A stretch of DNA of 64,000 bases from Magallana gigas (lineage: Eukaryota). Positions within the stretch are counted from its first letter, which is position 1. The number at the start of each line of letters is the position of its first letter. Below, in pieces: positions 1 through 21,839 of the stretch. The notes under the pieces are model-generated. The model saw only the letters and a list, made by a program, of their open reading frames with translations. It did no database searches and had not been told where the DNA came from. The stretch covers positions 20,212,001 to 20,276,000 of the forward strand of contig NC_088854.1 in the NCBI RefSeq assembly GCF_963853765.1. Reading direction: 5' to 3'. A program made the position numbers and the translations under genes.

Positions 1-105
1 CCTCAGCAGACGGTGGATACGACCAACGGGAAACTGTAGTCCGGCACGGGAAGATCGGCTCTTTGCCTTTCCCTTCACTTTGCCTCCTTTACCACGTCCT
101 GACAT
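1..105 (-). CDS. H2A: Histone H2A, 5' part (cut by window edge)
   Basis: Identical to 7557-7661; ATG at 105-103, [35 protein letters not shown]. Confidence 0.97.
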   Translation of the reverse strand, partial: MSGRGKGGKVKGKAKSRSSRAGLQFPVGRIHRLLR

Positions 106-372
106 TTTAGATTGGTGTGTGGGTTGGGCGCTGACAAAATTAAATCAACGAATAACACGCCATGCGCTGCGCCACTCTATTTAAACACTTCCACGGATTG
201 AGATGATCCACCAATCACAGCGCTCGTTTTAAACGCACCTCGGGCGTCCTGACCAATATGATGTTTACAAAGACGTCCGCAATTTACCTGTACGCTTCAA
301 TCCGCCTCGTGTTATATATAAATCTACCGAGAGCAATGCGCCATTCATTGTCTCAGTCTTCACACTGTAAAC
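106..372. promoter_or_regulatory. Divergent H2A/H2B promoter
   Basis: 267 bp between opposing ATGs; TATA-like ctctatttaaac (H2A side) and tatatataaat (H2B side), CCAAT boxes (ccaccaatcac, gaccaatatg). Confidence 0.85.
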
Positions 373-744
373 ATGCCACCCAAAGTTGGATCTAAAGGTT
401 CTAAGAAAGCTGCCACCAAGGCTAAGGCCCAGAGAACTGGGGACAAGAAGAAGCGCAGGAAGAGGAGGGAATCCTACGCTATCTACATCTACAAAGTCTT
501 GAAACAGGTGCACCCAGACACTGGAGTTTCCAGCAAGGCCATGAGCATCATGAATTCTTTCGTCAATGACATCTTCGAGAGAATTGCCGCTGAGGCCTCC
601 CGTCTGGCCCACTACAACAAACGCTCAACCATCACCAGCAGAGAAATCCAGACTGCAGTCCGCCTTCTCCTGCCAGGTGAATTGGCCAAGCATGCTGTCT
701 CTGAAGGTACCAAAGCTGTCACCAAGTACACCAGCAGCAAGTAA
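373..744 (+). CDS. H2B: Histone H2B, 123 aa
   Basis: Canonical histone fold ([23 protein letters not shown]...[10 protein letters not shown]), intronless, stem-loop follows. Confidence 0.99.
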   Translation: MPPKVGSKGSKKAATKAKAQRTGDKKKRRKRRESYAIYIYKVLKQVHPDTGVSSKAMSIMNSFVNDIFERIAAEASRLAHYNKRSTITSREIQTAVRLLLPGELAKHAVSEGTKAVTKYTSSK

Positions 745-772
745 ACTGCAGGGATAGTTGACATAACCAAAC

Positions 773-788
773 GGCCCTTTTCAGGGCC
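773..788 (+). terminator. H2B 3' stem-loop GGCCCT-TTTC-AGGGCC
   Basis: 6-bp stem, 4-nt loop, followed by ACACA and GAAAAG at 802. Confidence 0.95.
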
Positions 789-1610
789 ACACAATTTTTT
801 CGAAAAGCTACCATCATTACAATACGCAGTTACTGGTACATTTAATTTGTGTTCAACAGTCATGATTGTTTCAAGACTATACATTCACTATCAAAATGAG
901 TATCCATCTTCACAGAAACTGAAATTACAACAGGCTGTCACATCTAAGAATAAAAAAGTTCTGTCTCTATTACTGTACACCAATTACTTATTGATCTTCA
1001 TTATTCAATATTATCGTACAATTTAATATATCAAAACAGTGCAATCTACAATATGGTCATAAAATAATGAGCTAAACATTATCAGTGTCTGCTTTTCAAT
1101 CATGATTAAAGTCAATTTCACTGCCCTATCTTTTAATAGTTTTAATCCTTTTCACCATAGCAATTTAATATCATTTCAACATGTAAGATAATAAAAATAC
1201 AATTCTGCAGTTTTCAATTAAAATTTCTGATTTCAATTACGTATTCTGTCACGTTTTAGACACGTACAAGAGAAATCAATGAGGGTTGGAGGATCAAATG
1301 ACATGAATATATTTCTTTACATTATCATTTAATCAATGCGCAATAACTGACCTATTTAAAATTAAACAATAGTCATTTTCTGACATGTGAAATGTGGCTT
1401 ACTTTAATATCATTCTTTGATTAGGCTAAGTGTAAAAGTGATTGTTCATAACTCATGTGACTTCCAACCACTCTTATTTCGAGTGCATGTGGCAGGGGAA
1501 ATGAATGCTAACTCATTACTAATGACAGGTAAAAGTGTAGTATGTCTCACAGAGTGTGTAGGTGTATTTCACAGCATTTGTGATAGAGGCATCTTTTCTA
1601 AAAGTTTGGT

Positions 1611-1626
1611 GGCCGTTAAAACGGCC
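1611..1626 (-). terminator. H4 3' stem-loop GGCCGT-TTTA-ACGGCC
   Basis: Followed on minus strand by ACCAA and GAAAAGATGCCT. Confidence 0.93.
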
Positions 1627-1668
1627 GTTTGTTTGTTGTCAGTGCTGCAAGCACACAGGAGTGGCAGT

Positions 1669-2049
<381 letters not shown>

Positions 2050-3004
2050 TTACGACCCGTGAGAAGCCACCATACCTTGAAAAGTTCGGCAGCACAAACA
2101 AGGCGATTAGTAAAGTCAACGCTGATTGGCTAAGGTATAAACCCGCCTCGGGCCTTATCTGTTTTACATGGAATCCACATACACACATCTTACATATTTA
2201 ACGTGTCGCTTTTCTTATCATAGTTTATACTTAATTTATATCATTAACTGTTACGAAATATTAAATATATATACATGTTTATATAAGTGTACTGCACACC
2301 TGTACAATTCATCGAAAAGAATTAAATTGGTAATAAATGAATGTGCAGTGTGTAAAAAAAAAAAAAAAAAACCAAAACAAACCAAAACAAAAAAAAGACA
2401 AAAAGAAAAAAAACCTGATAAACAGGATGTATCAAATGGTATGAGGCAAAAGATATGGTTAGAGCCAGTAGCTAAAATCTAAGAGACATTAACTGATTTC
2501 ACTAAATTAATGTAATTTATTCAAAAGACACAATATGATTCCTGTATTCCTTCTCCATAAAGGAACATACTCCTATTTTAATAATAATTAGCAGATTGAC
2601 CTTTAGGAACATCATGACTATGTTATAAATCCATAATATAAGAATGATAATGGTATTTACATTTTTGTTATAATTAAAGATATCTTCTTCTTTCTTTTTT
2701 TTAATGTACACATTTGTGTTAGCTTGAGTTTTGCTCGCAGTGGGACAGTTACCATTTATAGCAATAGTTTTGACAGTTTGTGATATATCAATTCACTGTT
2801 TCTCATGTTGTCCATTTGTTAAGAAAGTTTCCGCTGAAATATACCTGTATTGCTGTATTTATTTTATTCATGGGATATATATGTGTGTGTGTGTGTTTAT
2901 GCGAGCCATCTTACATATATTTATTATAGATGAATGCACGCTTATTCAATAATTAGAGTATCAATTGTATGTAATGTGAAGGCATCTTTTCTAAAGGTTT
3001 TGGT

Positions 3005-3020
3005 GGCCGTGAAAACGGCC
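3005..3020 (-). terminator. H3 3' stem-loop GGCCGT-TTTC-ACGGCC
   Basis: Followed by ACCAA and GAAAAGATGCCT. Confidence 0.93.
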
Positions 3021-3051
3021 GTTTTGAGTTTGTCAAGAGACAAAAGAGAAT

Positions 3052-3474
<423 letters not shown>

Positions 3475-4409
3475 TCAAATGAATGAATGAGCCAGACGGT
3501 CCTCTGTATACACTTTATACCGAGTCGACGATTACCTGTCTGCTCTTCGATATCACAGCACCCCCACTAACGACAATCGCCATTGGTGATCTTGACCGAG
3601 AGAGGTGGTCAGCGATTAGTCGATAATAACCCGTTCCGATTGGCCAGGTGAAAAAATCATTTCGATCCGGCTTTTGCACAGAATTTGTGTACTCCGAAAA
3701 ATATCGTCCGTGTACTTAGTGGAACAAAACTTTTATTCCAATTATAACTAAAACTTATTTGATTTACATAAAGTATTAAACACCATCTATATTCTACAGG
3801 ATGTAATTGATACTTTAAAAAAAGCAAAAACAAACTGATCAATTAAATAACAACCCATTAGAATATTGCACAACTTACATTCACTCAATATTTTAACCTA
3901 TTGATTCTCTGGCATTAAAATGGGAATAGTATATGCTGAATGATCATCTGATATCTCAATTCAATTACAATAAACCCAGCATCATAACCCCCCCCCTCCC
4001 CCCTCCCCTAATAAATAAATAAGTAAATAAAGATATAGATTTATCAAAGAGAAACATAAAAGATCTATAGTTCAGAAGATCTACGTCATATGCATTTATA
4101 TGTTTTATCATTCATGATTTAGCTAAGTAACAAAAGAACTTACTTTTATAGTTTGATTTGCACAGAAATATCCGGGCATGTAAGTCCAAAACACTAGTTG
4201 TAATTGTAAATACAGACACAATGAGAGCCACTTGATTCTGGAAAGAGAGGGGAAAAAAATCTCAGGAAGACTGTATGTTTCAAAGTTCATCATGCAAACT
4301 ATAAGGTGTAGCTATCCTGTTCAGTGTCAAAGAAAGAAGAAAGAAAGAAAGAATAATGTAACCAGAGTAGAATCATAATAAAATAATGTTAAAAAAAATG
4401 CATGTTTGT

Positions 4410-4412
<3 letters not shown>

Positions 4413-4462
<50 letters not shown>
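4413..4462. repeat. (CT)25 microsatellite in H3-H1 spacer
   Basis: Direct reading. Confidence 0.97.
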
Positions 4463-4467
<5 letters not shown>

Positions 4468-5148
4468 TGTTTCCTTTCAATCAGAATTCAGCATCACTAA
4501 TCTTATGATAATGTGTATCAACCCACTTTCTAGTTAGTCTACAACATATATGAATGATGTACATTATTTGTTGTACTCATATCGCTTAAGCCTTATAAAT
4601 GTTGGATTTGAATAATGTAAATGCATGTATTTTTTTTTAGTGTATTCACTAAACAGACCTCAATCAATATCATGCAGTTAGTTGCAGGAGCAAAATAAAA
4701 AACAAAAAACACATTCATAGCTACGTTTGGTGTTTGTTTTTTCCCTCATCTCACCCCCCACCCATAATTTTTCTTTCAAATCTTCATTACTACTCCTGTA
4801 AATTTTACTACTCGACTATTCATACTCTGGTCTGTAGCCGTGAACATTATGAAAAAAAGCATGCACCTTGCATTACAAACCCTTGCCATGTTACTCATTT
4901 ACAATTTGCTTATATCTCCTTTTTAATATCTTATTTGTGAGTTTGTGTTGTTAATGCCCCCCCCCCCCTTCCCCCTTCTGAACCATACCATAGTCAGATA
5001 TGAATTAATAATATGTAATAACACATTATCACAGAAAAACTAGAAGGGGCTTAATGTACCTGTATAAAGTGTATATGAATTCATTGTACTTGCATGTTTC
5101 TTTGCAACTTGCATTTGTAATTAAGACATCTTTTCGAAAAATATTGGT

Positions 5149-5164
5149 AGCCCTGAAAAGGGCT
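5149..5164 (-). terminator. H1 3' stem-loop AGCCCT-TTTC-AGGGCT
   Basis: Followed by ACCAA and GAAAAGATGTCT. Confidence 0.92.
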
Positions 5165-5204
5165 TTTGTTGAAGGTTTGCAATCTGCAATGATGCTATGA
5201 TTGC

Positions 5205-5804
5205 TTATTTTTTAGCTGCTGTCTTCTTGGGAGTCTTGGCTTTCTTTGGCTTGGCTGCTGCTGCTTTTTTCGGAGTCTTGGCCTTCTTTGGCTTGGCTGC
5301 TGCCTTCTTAGGGGATTTGGCTGCCGTCTTCTTCTTGGGTGTCTTAACTTTCTTAGGTCCAGCTGCTTTCTTGGGGGACTTCTTCTTCTTCTCAGCAGTC
5401 TTTTTCTCCCCTGCCGCCTTCCTGGGCTTAACAGCTGTGGCCTTCTTTGGTTTGGCTGCCTTGGGTTTGGTGACTTTCTTCGCCTTTGGTTTTTTCTCTG
5501 TCTTTGGCTTGTCTCCTAACTTGAAAGAGCCAGTGGCGCCTGTTCCTTTGGCTTGTTTCAGAGCGCCTTTCTTCACTCCGTTCTTGAGTGCCATTTTAAG
5601 GTGGACATTAATGGGGTTGACGTCGTTTCCCACTTTAAAGTTGGCCATTATGTACTTCAGAATGGCCTGTCTGGAAGATCCACCACGCTCTTTCAGGGAT
5701 TCCAAGGCGGCCCTGATCATATCAACGTACTTGGGGTGTGCTGCAGGTACCTTAGGCTTAGTAACCTTCTTCTTGACTGGGGTTGTGGTTGCTGTGTCTG
5801 CCAT
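5205..5804 (-). CDS. H1: Linker histone H1, 199 aa
   Basis: ATG at 5804-5802 ([10 protein letters not shown]); winged-helix core HPKYVDMI...[18 protein letters not shown]...[11 protein letters not shown]; K/A/P-rich tail. Confidence 0.97.
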   Translation of the reverse strand: MADTATTTPVKKKVTKPKVPAAHPKYVDMIRAALESLKERGGSSRQAILKYIMANFKVGNDVNPINVHLKMALKNGVKKGALKQAKGTGATGSFKLGDKPKTEKKPKAKKVTKPKAAKPKKATAVKPRKAAGEKKTAEKKKKSPKKAAGPKKVKTPKKKTAAKSPKKAAAKPKKAKTPKKAAAAKPKKAKTPKKTAAKK

Positions 5805-5884
5805 GGCTTCGGACGAAACGAAAACGCTGTACAATTCACTGCGAACTAATACGAGGAAATAGTGAAGTCTCACGCTCTCGCTGC

Positions 5885-5967
5885 TTTTGTTTACAGCGGG
5901 CGCGGACGTCCTCGAAAACATCCCTTAAAATCGAAGCGCATATGCATAGTAGAATCGATGTGTGTTT
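5885..5967 (-). promoter_or_regulatory. H1 promoter: H1 box AAACACA and GC-rich element
   Basis: tgtgttt at 5961-5967 (AAACACA on minus), gggcgcggacgtc at 5898-5910; no clear TATA box. Confidence 0.65.
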
Positions 5968-7226
5968 TGATGCCGATGTTTACATCCTTGCTGCGCCGTT
6001 TAATGAGTACCGATTGCAGCTATTTTATGAAAATCACATTGTGTGGATATATCCCTACCATATCATCTGCATATTTTACGTAAATTCTCCGCTAAAGGAA
6101 CTCAAATGAAAGGAAAACGTAGGACAGAGTAGCAAATTCCAACTCCAAATGCCGATAAAGTCACGCAATGTCTTTAAAATTGATAATTATTCACAGAAAA
6201 TTACATTTTTTTAACGTCCAACATACAGACATAAGTGTATTTTATATCGTCTATTGTGTAGAAGGCCCATACATATCTTCTTTTAAGTGAAATTCACACC
6301 AGGTCCATACACCCAGAAACACACGATACACAGAACAAGAGCAAGAGAGAATTATAAATTTTTTAAGTTGTCAGAAAGAAAAACAAATAAATATAATAAA
6401 AAAAGAAAGAAAAAGTCGTCACTTTAATAATAATATCAAAATATTCAGTGGCAAAAGTCATAGGATTTTTTGAAAAATAAAGAAAATTGAATTACATTAT
6501 CTACTTTACGCGAAGTGCGATGTACAGTATAGTACGTGCAAGAAAACGGCGTTATGTTAACAAATGCACATACAGTCAAAAAGCATATCAACATAAATAT
6601 AGATATACTAAGGTAGTAGTTGATCATGAATTGGGAAAAAAACGGGTGATGAATGACGTGAATAAATAATTAGTTCATTTGTGCAATCATGATAACATTG
6701 CCAAAACTGCAGTTTTCACGTGTGCACATCTTACTTAGACCTTAATTTGTAATGCGCAGACCATGCATACGTAGGTGAATGTACATTCACCGTTTTGATA
6801 TCAATTCAAATAGAAAAAGAATAATAATAATAATAATAAAATAACGCACAAATGATCTCCCCCATGAAACACTGTATAAAATCAGAATCGGATGTCGCAA
6901 TTGTTCAAGTACATATCATTCTAACATTATGCGTGCATTTATATCACTAGTTTAACCAATGAGCATGATCGAGATTTGAGCTCAAATTTTAATTTTTTCA
7001 CACACTAATGTATTTTTGAGGGGTAACTGATATAAATTAAATTTGTGTTTAGCATTTGAGAGCGTTGGAACAACATCAAATTGGATATTAATTGAACATG
7101 AATAGAAATTTATGTAATAGGTTGACGGTGTGTGGCAATGCATTCAATAAACGTGTAATGGGTATCTGCATTGTATATGTGTGCTTAATTACATGCTATA
7201 GAGACATCTTTTCGAAAAATATGGGT

Positions 7227-7242
7227 GGCCGTGAAAACGGCC
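7227..7242 (-). terminator. H2A 3' stem-loop GGCCGT-TTTC-ACGGCC
   Basis: Followed by ACCCA and GAAAAGATGTCT. Confidence 0.93.
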
Positions 7243-7280
7243 GTTTGGTACAGACAAGTCAAGTCGACAGGGCTGACTTT

Positions 7281-7928
<648 letters not shown>

Positions 7929-8300
7929 ATGCCACCCAAAGTTGGATCTAAAGGTTCTAAGAAAGCTGCCACCAAGGCTAAGGCCCAGAGAACTGGGGAC
8001 AAGAAGAAGCGCAGGAAGAGGAGGGAATCCTACGCTATCTACATCTACAAAGTCTTGAAACAGGTGCACCCAGACACTGGAGTTTCCAGCAAGGCCATGA
8101 GCATCATGAATTCTTTCGTCAATGACATCTTCGAGAGAATTGCCGCTGAGGCCTCCCGTCTGGCCCACTACAACAAACGCTCAACCATCACCAGCAGAGA
8201 AATCCAGACTGCAGTCCGCCTTCTCCTGCCAGGTGAATTGGCCAAGCATGCTGTCTCTGAAGGTACCAAAGCTGTCACCAAGTACACCAGCAGCAAGTAA
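7929..8300 (+). CDS. H2B: Histone H2B, last gene of the array
   Basis: Identical to 373-744; stem-loop at 8329-8344. Confidence 0.99.
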   Translation: MPPKVGSKGSKKAATKAKAQRTGDKKKRRKRRESYAIYIYKVLKQVHPDTGVSSKAMSIMNSFVNDIFERIAAEASRLAHYNKRSTITSREIQTAVRLLLPGELAKHAVSEGTKAVTKYTSSK

Positions 8301-8807
8301 ACTGCAGGGATAGTTGACATAACCAAACGGCCCTTTTCAGGGCCACACAATTTTTTCGAAAAGCTACCATCATTACAATACGCAGTTACTGGTACATTTA
8401 ATTTGTGTTCAACAGTCATGATTGTTTCAAGACTATACATTCACTATCAAAATGAGTATCCATCTTCACAGAAACTGAAATTACAACAGGCTGTCACATC
8501 TAAGAATAAAAAAGTTCTGTCTCTATTACTGTACACCAATTACTTATTGATCTTCATTATTCAATATTATCGTACAATTTAATATATCAAAACAGTGCAA
8601 TCTACAATATGGTCATAAAATAATGAGCTAAACATTATCAGTGTCTGCTTTTCAATCATGATTAAAGTCAATTTCACTGCCCTATCTTTTAATAAAATTA
8701 TTATTCTTATTATGGAAATATTTTTATGGCTAAACATACATGTATCGATAAGAATGCATGTAGCTTCAAATCAAAATTAAAACACTCATGCTAATTCTCT
8801 TTCTTAA

Positions 8808-9305
8808 AGGGGCATGGTCACGATTTTGGTCAAATTCTATTTTTCTGTTTTAATGATGTACAATGCTTTAGAAATACATTTCCGATGACAAAATGAAATT
8901 GGAGAGCCAGTAGTGAAGTTAATTATAAGCAAGATACAGGGCTCACAATTCTTTTTCATGTAAACAAGGCTCGTGCCCTGTTTTTGTTTACATTAGTTTA
9001 ATATACCGGTAAAAGTTCTTATTCAAGCTAATTTTCCCATCTTCTTATTCATTTTAAGCTTAAATAAACAGATCTTAACGTTTACCACATTCATTTTTGG
9101 TCTAAAACTGGAGTGTTCACTTTAACGTTCAAAATGTAAACAAAAGCTTTGTTTACATAGCAAAAAAATTGCAAGCTCTGTAACTCGCTTATAACTCAAC
9201 GAATGATACTTAAATTTTGGTTGCATATTTAAAATGCCTTACTGAAGCATTGTAAACATTAAAATCGGGAAAATAATTTTTGACCAAAATGGTGGCCATG
9301 CCCCT
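8808..9305. mobile_element. Non-autonomous Kolobok-like TIR element, 498 bp
   Basis: TIR AGGGGCATGGTCACGATTTTGGTCAAA vs reverse complement of right end AGGGGCATGGCCACCATTTTGGTCAAA; TTAA on both sides (8804-8807, 9306-9309). AG termini plus TTAA fit Kolobok rather than piggyBac. Confidence 0.8.
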
Positions 9306-10680
9306 TTAAACTCCCCCATGAGATAAAAAAAAACCGAAAAAAAAACCAGCCCTATCCTTTTCTTTCAACTTTTGGGTATGTTTTAGTCCCCGAAATTGAA
9401 TTTTGATCATATACAATTCTACATTTACAATACATACGGCTTATGAAAAAAAAAATCATTTATCATATTCACATGCCACTGTGTAAAAATATATATATAT
9501 TTTTATATTTATATAAAGAAATCAAAGTCATGTTTAACTTGTAACATTTTTACTTATTATCTACCGGTAAAGAATTTCTTCACCAATTAGAAGTACATAT
9601 TAAATTTTTTTCCGCGCACAACGTTGGGTATCAAACATGGATGCCACCTTAGCCGTGGGATTAACTCAAAACGTATTCCCATTAAAAATAGAATACTTGA
9701 AGCAGTTGTTATGTCATTTCACCCACTTAATTCCTTTGTCTCATTATATCAATTTATTACTACTGAGTAACATTTTTTACAAAGTTTAAAACTCTTAGGT
9801 CACTGGCAAGAAATATTTTACGTTGAAAATAAAATGACTTTGGACACTTCCTATGTATGCCTTAAACATTTGCCGCGGAATGGATAAATTATACGCGCGG
9901 GGATAGAAGATAGTATCATAGTACACGTTCCAATACACCCAGGTACTTCTCGCCAATTTATTATTTAGTATATTTCTACTCTATATTTACGATCTATCGT
10001 CAAAACCGTCATATCTCATTAAGCATTAATTAAGATAAACATTGTGTGTGTATATATCAGTTTATGTTATATTGTCACCCATGCTTCATTATTCACCACT
10101 GCACAAATCACTGTTGTAGGATCATATACATATACAGTCTGTATGTATGAACGTTATGCATTCTCTATATTGCATACAGTATGCTCTATACACCCTCTCT
10201 CTACACACACGCCCCCTCTGAGAATACACGTCCTCTCTATCTTTATTTTCTCAAATAACTGAAAAAGGGTGAACCATGTCTCAGATCTACTAGTTTTAAA
10301 CAGATTGGCCTTCTACTGGTATGATAATTGTGTCTTCAAGCGCCCTTAATTACGAATGTAAATTTCTAAAATTTTATTTCACTTTAGCTCATATTTCCCT
10401 TTTGACTCTATGACTTTACAATTTTTTTTCCTTTATACATGTATATCCAGCATTTCGTTTTAAAAGGAAGATACCATCCATGGCAAATTGAAAATTACAA
10501 AATTTCCAAAATTACAATTGTATCTGGAACAATAAAAGTTAAGCATGCTTTGAGTATTAAATGTTTGTACAACTGGACATAATACATGACAAGCTGTATG
10601 CATACTTTCATATACTTCTCAATATCTATATGAATTTTGTAGCGTTTTCTTATATTCCAAAACTCAAGTGGATTGTGAAA

Positions 10681-10713
<33 letters not shown>
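10681..10713. repeat. (GAT)11 microsatellite
   Basis: Direct reading; explains the poly-Asp in ORF 10561-10833. Confidence 0.97.
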
Positions 10714-10716
<3 letters not shown>

Positions 10717-11317
10717 AAGGTACTTTACTATGGTTCCAAGTTATTTCCTTTTTTATTAGTTGCTGGGAAAGGAAAATTATTTCTGTTCAATATGACCCTA
10801 TGTATGTTTACCAAATTGGCAAAAACTCTATAACATTCATGTGGTAAATTGTAGTAACTGTAGTTATTTGATTGCCCATAAACAAAGTAAAATATATGAT
10901 TCCACACTAGTTGATGCAATGTCTCCTTCAGGCTTGGAGTACTACTATCCAAAAATAAAAAGGTTTAGCCCGGCCTTTTCATACTTTTATCAATGCGACT
11001 ACCAGATTTCTATAATATTGTAAACTTCTTTTTAAACATCTTCAAAATAGGTGTTGGCAGTGCTTATGAACAAGTCACAATAATACCTACTACATCAAAA
11101 AAGTCAAAGAAAATTTTATGTCTTTGTAAAGGCACTTTAATAAATAAAACATACTGTATAAAAAAACAACAAATACAAACTTTCTCATACATTTCATCAA
11201 AAACAGATACACACCCACTTCTTTTATTCACTCATTCATCATTTATCAGATCACTGTAGTCAACACAAACACCACAACCATACAATGAACAACCGAAAAG
11301 TAAAATCGCACTTCAAT

Positions 11318-18251
<6,934 letters not shown>

Positions 18252-20089
18252 CAGGTGATAAAATACCTACAAGTCGAAGTGTTCTAGGCATTGAAATTTT
18301 TTCGACTTTTCATTCAGTGTCCCCAACACTGTCGTCCTAAGCATAAATTTTAAACATATTGGTAGTTTTCATTTATAATAAATCGACCTGCTTATCAACT
18401 CAACCTATAAAGTATGCATAATTCTTCACCTACCAATATCCCAGGTAGGTCATATATCACACTTTGTTAAATCAATCAATAATGCTGTCATTTATACTCA
18501 ATAAACTCATAAAATCCTAGCTGTTTCAAGCACAAAGTTACTTGGTTCTACAGATATTTATAAATTTATGCCGGTAAAAACCATCTCAGTCCTAACTTAA
18601 ATACTAGGTTTTTAATGCTGAAAATCAAACAGGCTCTGTATAAGCCTGAGATACAAGTTTTACATGCTATGCATTCACCACATTTAAAAGGTTTTGACGC
18701 TAAGTGTAAATAGTTTTTCTTGCTCTCAATAAACTAGCTAATCCATTATTCAAACAAACCATTCAATTCCCTATGTCCAGTACATTAGTTATTCATGTTG
18801 ACAATGACAAATCAACTGAGGTGTATTAGCATTTAGATATTTAGGATCCATTTCTTTTTTTTTCTGTAACTGCTTTGTAGAGAAACAAAATGACCTTTTC
18901 AATTGAATAAAATTTAGAATAGATACTTACATATCAATTTGTCATCAATCTCTTCATATTTCAAATGTTATGATCTCCAATTTGACTGCAAATTACATCA
19001 ACAGAAGCTTGGTGGCCCATAAAAACTACAAAATAAAGGGTTTCAAATTCATATGTAAATTATGCACATTCCTCTTACCTATAATATTCTCATAATTTCC
19101 ACACATCTATGTAAAATAAACAAACTGTGATATTTTATGAGTTTAATAACCATACTTAAACTCAATTATTATAGTGAACACAATAAAAACCTCAAATCAT
19201 ATGCTCTAAAAATGAATATTGCCAACTGTCAAAAACAGACTGTTATGAAAATTTATAGTAAAATTAAACATTTAAAAGGCATACAAATTATAATTAAATG
19301 TGTAAATTTCCATTCCTTTCTATTAATTAACTAATTAACACAGATTTCCAAAAAATGCTGCATTAAGAGATTTACAATCAACTGTTCTCAAGCTTAATAA
19401 TCATTATAATTATAAGCTAACAATAACTGAAAGTAGTACTTGTCAATGCACCAGTGTGTAAACAAACAATTGTTTTTTTGTATACAAGACATGATATGAT
19501 TCATACAATGTACATACGTATATGATTGAATGAAGCATCCTTATTAAAATGTCATGCACTGTATGTATGTAATATAGACACAACAAAAAATTACTTTTAA
19601 ATTCAAGATTAATACTCATTTCTCATCCAATTGTAGCAACAAGTTATAACGTTCTTATTCCATAGGCATAGTACATGTATTAGCTATAGGATACATCTTT
19701 TAACCCCCAAGGAACCCAATGGAACCCCAAGAAACTAATTTTCCTTGAGAAATATCTTGTTAAATTTCTTTGAAACAAACTTTAATACACAATGCATATA
19801 CCGGTACAACTTACTAAGTTCACTAGGATTGAATTTGATATCATTGGAGTATCCTTGGGATTCCTTGGAGTATCTTTGGGCCAGCTTGGGGTATATTAGG
19901 GGTTCTAGGGGTACCATTTTTATGGTTCCTGTGGTAACAAGGGGAGTCCTCTAGATTCTATTTATCTATATTTTATTTGTTATTTTATCAATAAAATATA
20001 TTCACTTTCCGTGCCTATTTTCAATTCTTGACAATTTCTAACATTATATATAAATGCTTGTACAATATACTGTAGTTAGTTATAATTTA

Positions 20090-20298
20090 CTGTGGAATCA
20101 TTTTAATTCGTGGGGGCCTATTTTGTGGATTATGACTTTTTTGCTCATTTGTGGGAATGTAATTTTGTGGATGCGTCGGTTCAGCAACAAAGATAACTCT
20201 TTCTAAAATTGTTTTCGTTGAGAATTTAAATTCGTGGGGAAGGGATACCCACAAATACCAGGAAAATCAAGCCACCACGAATTCTAATGATTCTGCAG
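20090..20298. mobile_element. ~209-bp TA-TSD MITE related to 12478-12695
   Basis: TA-CTGTGGAATCATT ... AATGATTCTGCAG-TA. Confidence 0.8.
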
Positions 20299-21232
20299 TA
20301 TACTCCATCCTCAAAATTAAAACTTTATCTGACTCTATCTTGTATGACACTTTTGAGCCAGGATTTTAAGTTTGTAGCAGAAAAGAATTAAATAATGCTC
20401 TCATCTATCACCAACAGTGTGGACAATCTCTCTGAGATTGCTTTGGTTTTATAAATATTTATTATTTTCAATTACCTCATATTTAAGATGCTTTACTTAA
20501 AAAAGTAATAAATTGTCAAACGTATCCCACAACTTCAAATATTGAAAACTCTAGCACATCTTTTTATTTTTCTTAAGAAAAGTATCAAAATAAGATAAGG
20601 AATAAGACATTGTGGTGAAAGTTGGTTTCTCCATTCTTATATTTCCTGCATTAAATTTAATATTAAGTGAATCTTGCATCTTTGATATATGTAATAAACT
20701 GTGGGTTATATGTACCTTGCTGTTTTAGTGTAAATCAACACTTTGCTGACATACAGATTTCATCTAACATTATGGAGATTATGGACATATTTAGACTGTG
20801 CAAGGCTGCTATAACATTTACACAATGTAAAGTTAACATATTATGCAAATGATACATGTATGTGCTAAAAGTGTTATAAATCAATCTCGTAATATATCAA
20901 CACAGATTTTGTGTGAATTCAAAGTTTCACTTGAACTTGTCAAAACTGTAAACAATTTGAAAATCTTCCCCACCTAACTACCAAAATATGAGGTAAAATG
21001 TTAAAACATGCAATGCTGTGTTTTATCGCCCGAGCTGGTATGAAAACATATACAGTATTGTCAGTCAATGAATTTTTACGTTTTCAACGTAACAAATGAC
21101 TACAGCTTAGAGCTGTTAAAACATTAAATGCTGTCTTCTTATGTCACTACTATTTCTCTTTATATTAAACACTTCGTGTTCACTGAGCAAGTGGAGAGAC
21201 CATATTAATTTGGCATAATTTCATTATTTTAC

Positions 21233-21455
21233 CTGTTTCTCACCATCTGTCGATGCAAAGAACATATAATATCCTTAAATTAATGACAGAAAAAATGGGA
21301 AAGACGATCTTAAACCAGTTTTAATCCACAACGTTGAAGACCACTTGTTGACATTCCAATGTTTTTAGCCAACTTGTACCGGAACCGGAAATGGGATTAA
21401 GGGAACGAACTCAGTTTTCTACGTTTCTTAAACAGTCTGTTGAAAGGGGTAAATT
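21233..21455. promoter_or_regulatory. Putative bidirectional promoter with two opposing non-coding first exons
   Basis: Tandem ETS-type CCGGAACCGGAAAT at 21379-21392; minus-strand donor CAG|GTAAAA at 21233/21232; plus-strand donor GGG|GTAAAT at 21448/21449. Inference without RNA data. Confidence 0.5.
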
Positions 21456-21839
21456 ATATTAACATTCGTGTATCTGGTTTAATAACATGTATACTAAACA
21501 TTGCGATGAAACACTATGCTTTCATAGTGAAATAACCCATAAAATTGGCTTCGTTAACTCTAAAAATTTTATAATTCCGTTTTTATCCGGATTTTGCAGA
21601 ATGGGATATGAAGCAAGATGTCAACAAATGATCTTGATCCACATGTGATGTGTCATTCATTGACCTTATCAATGGTCCTATTATCAATTTTAATGTAGTC
21701 AGAGCAAATGTAATGATTTCTTTTTTTATTCTTGGAAATGATTGATTAGACTGACACAACGTAAGGCACGATAAACGATGTAACATTATGATTACTCAAG
21801 TAACACTTGTAATGTTATACAATGAGTGAATGACTTTTT

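Noticed and set aside
5197-5862. 221-aa antisense ORF over H1, and antisense ORFs over H4 (1417-1995), H2A (7092-7595) and H2B (265-612, 7821-8168)
   Set aside because: Shadow frames of biased histone codons; no independent promoter, domain or termination signal.
10561-10833. ORF with poly-Asp
   Set aside because: Produced by the (GAT)11 microsatellite in AT-rich non-coding DNA.
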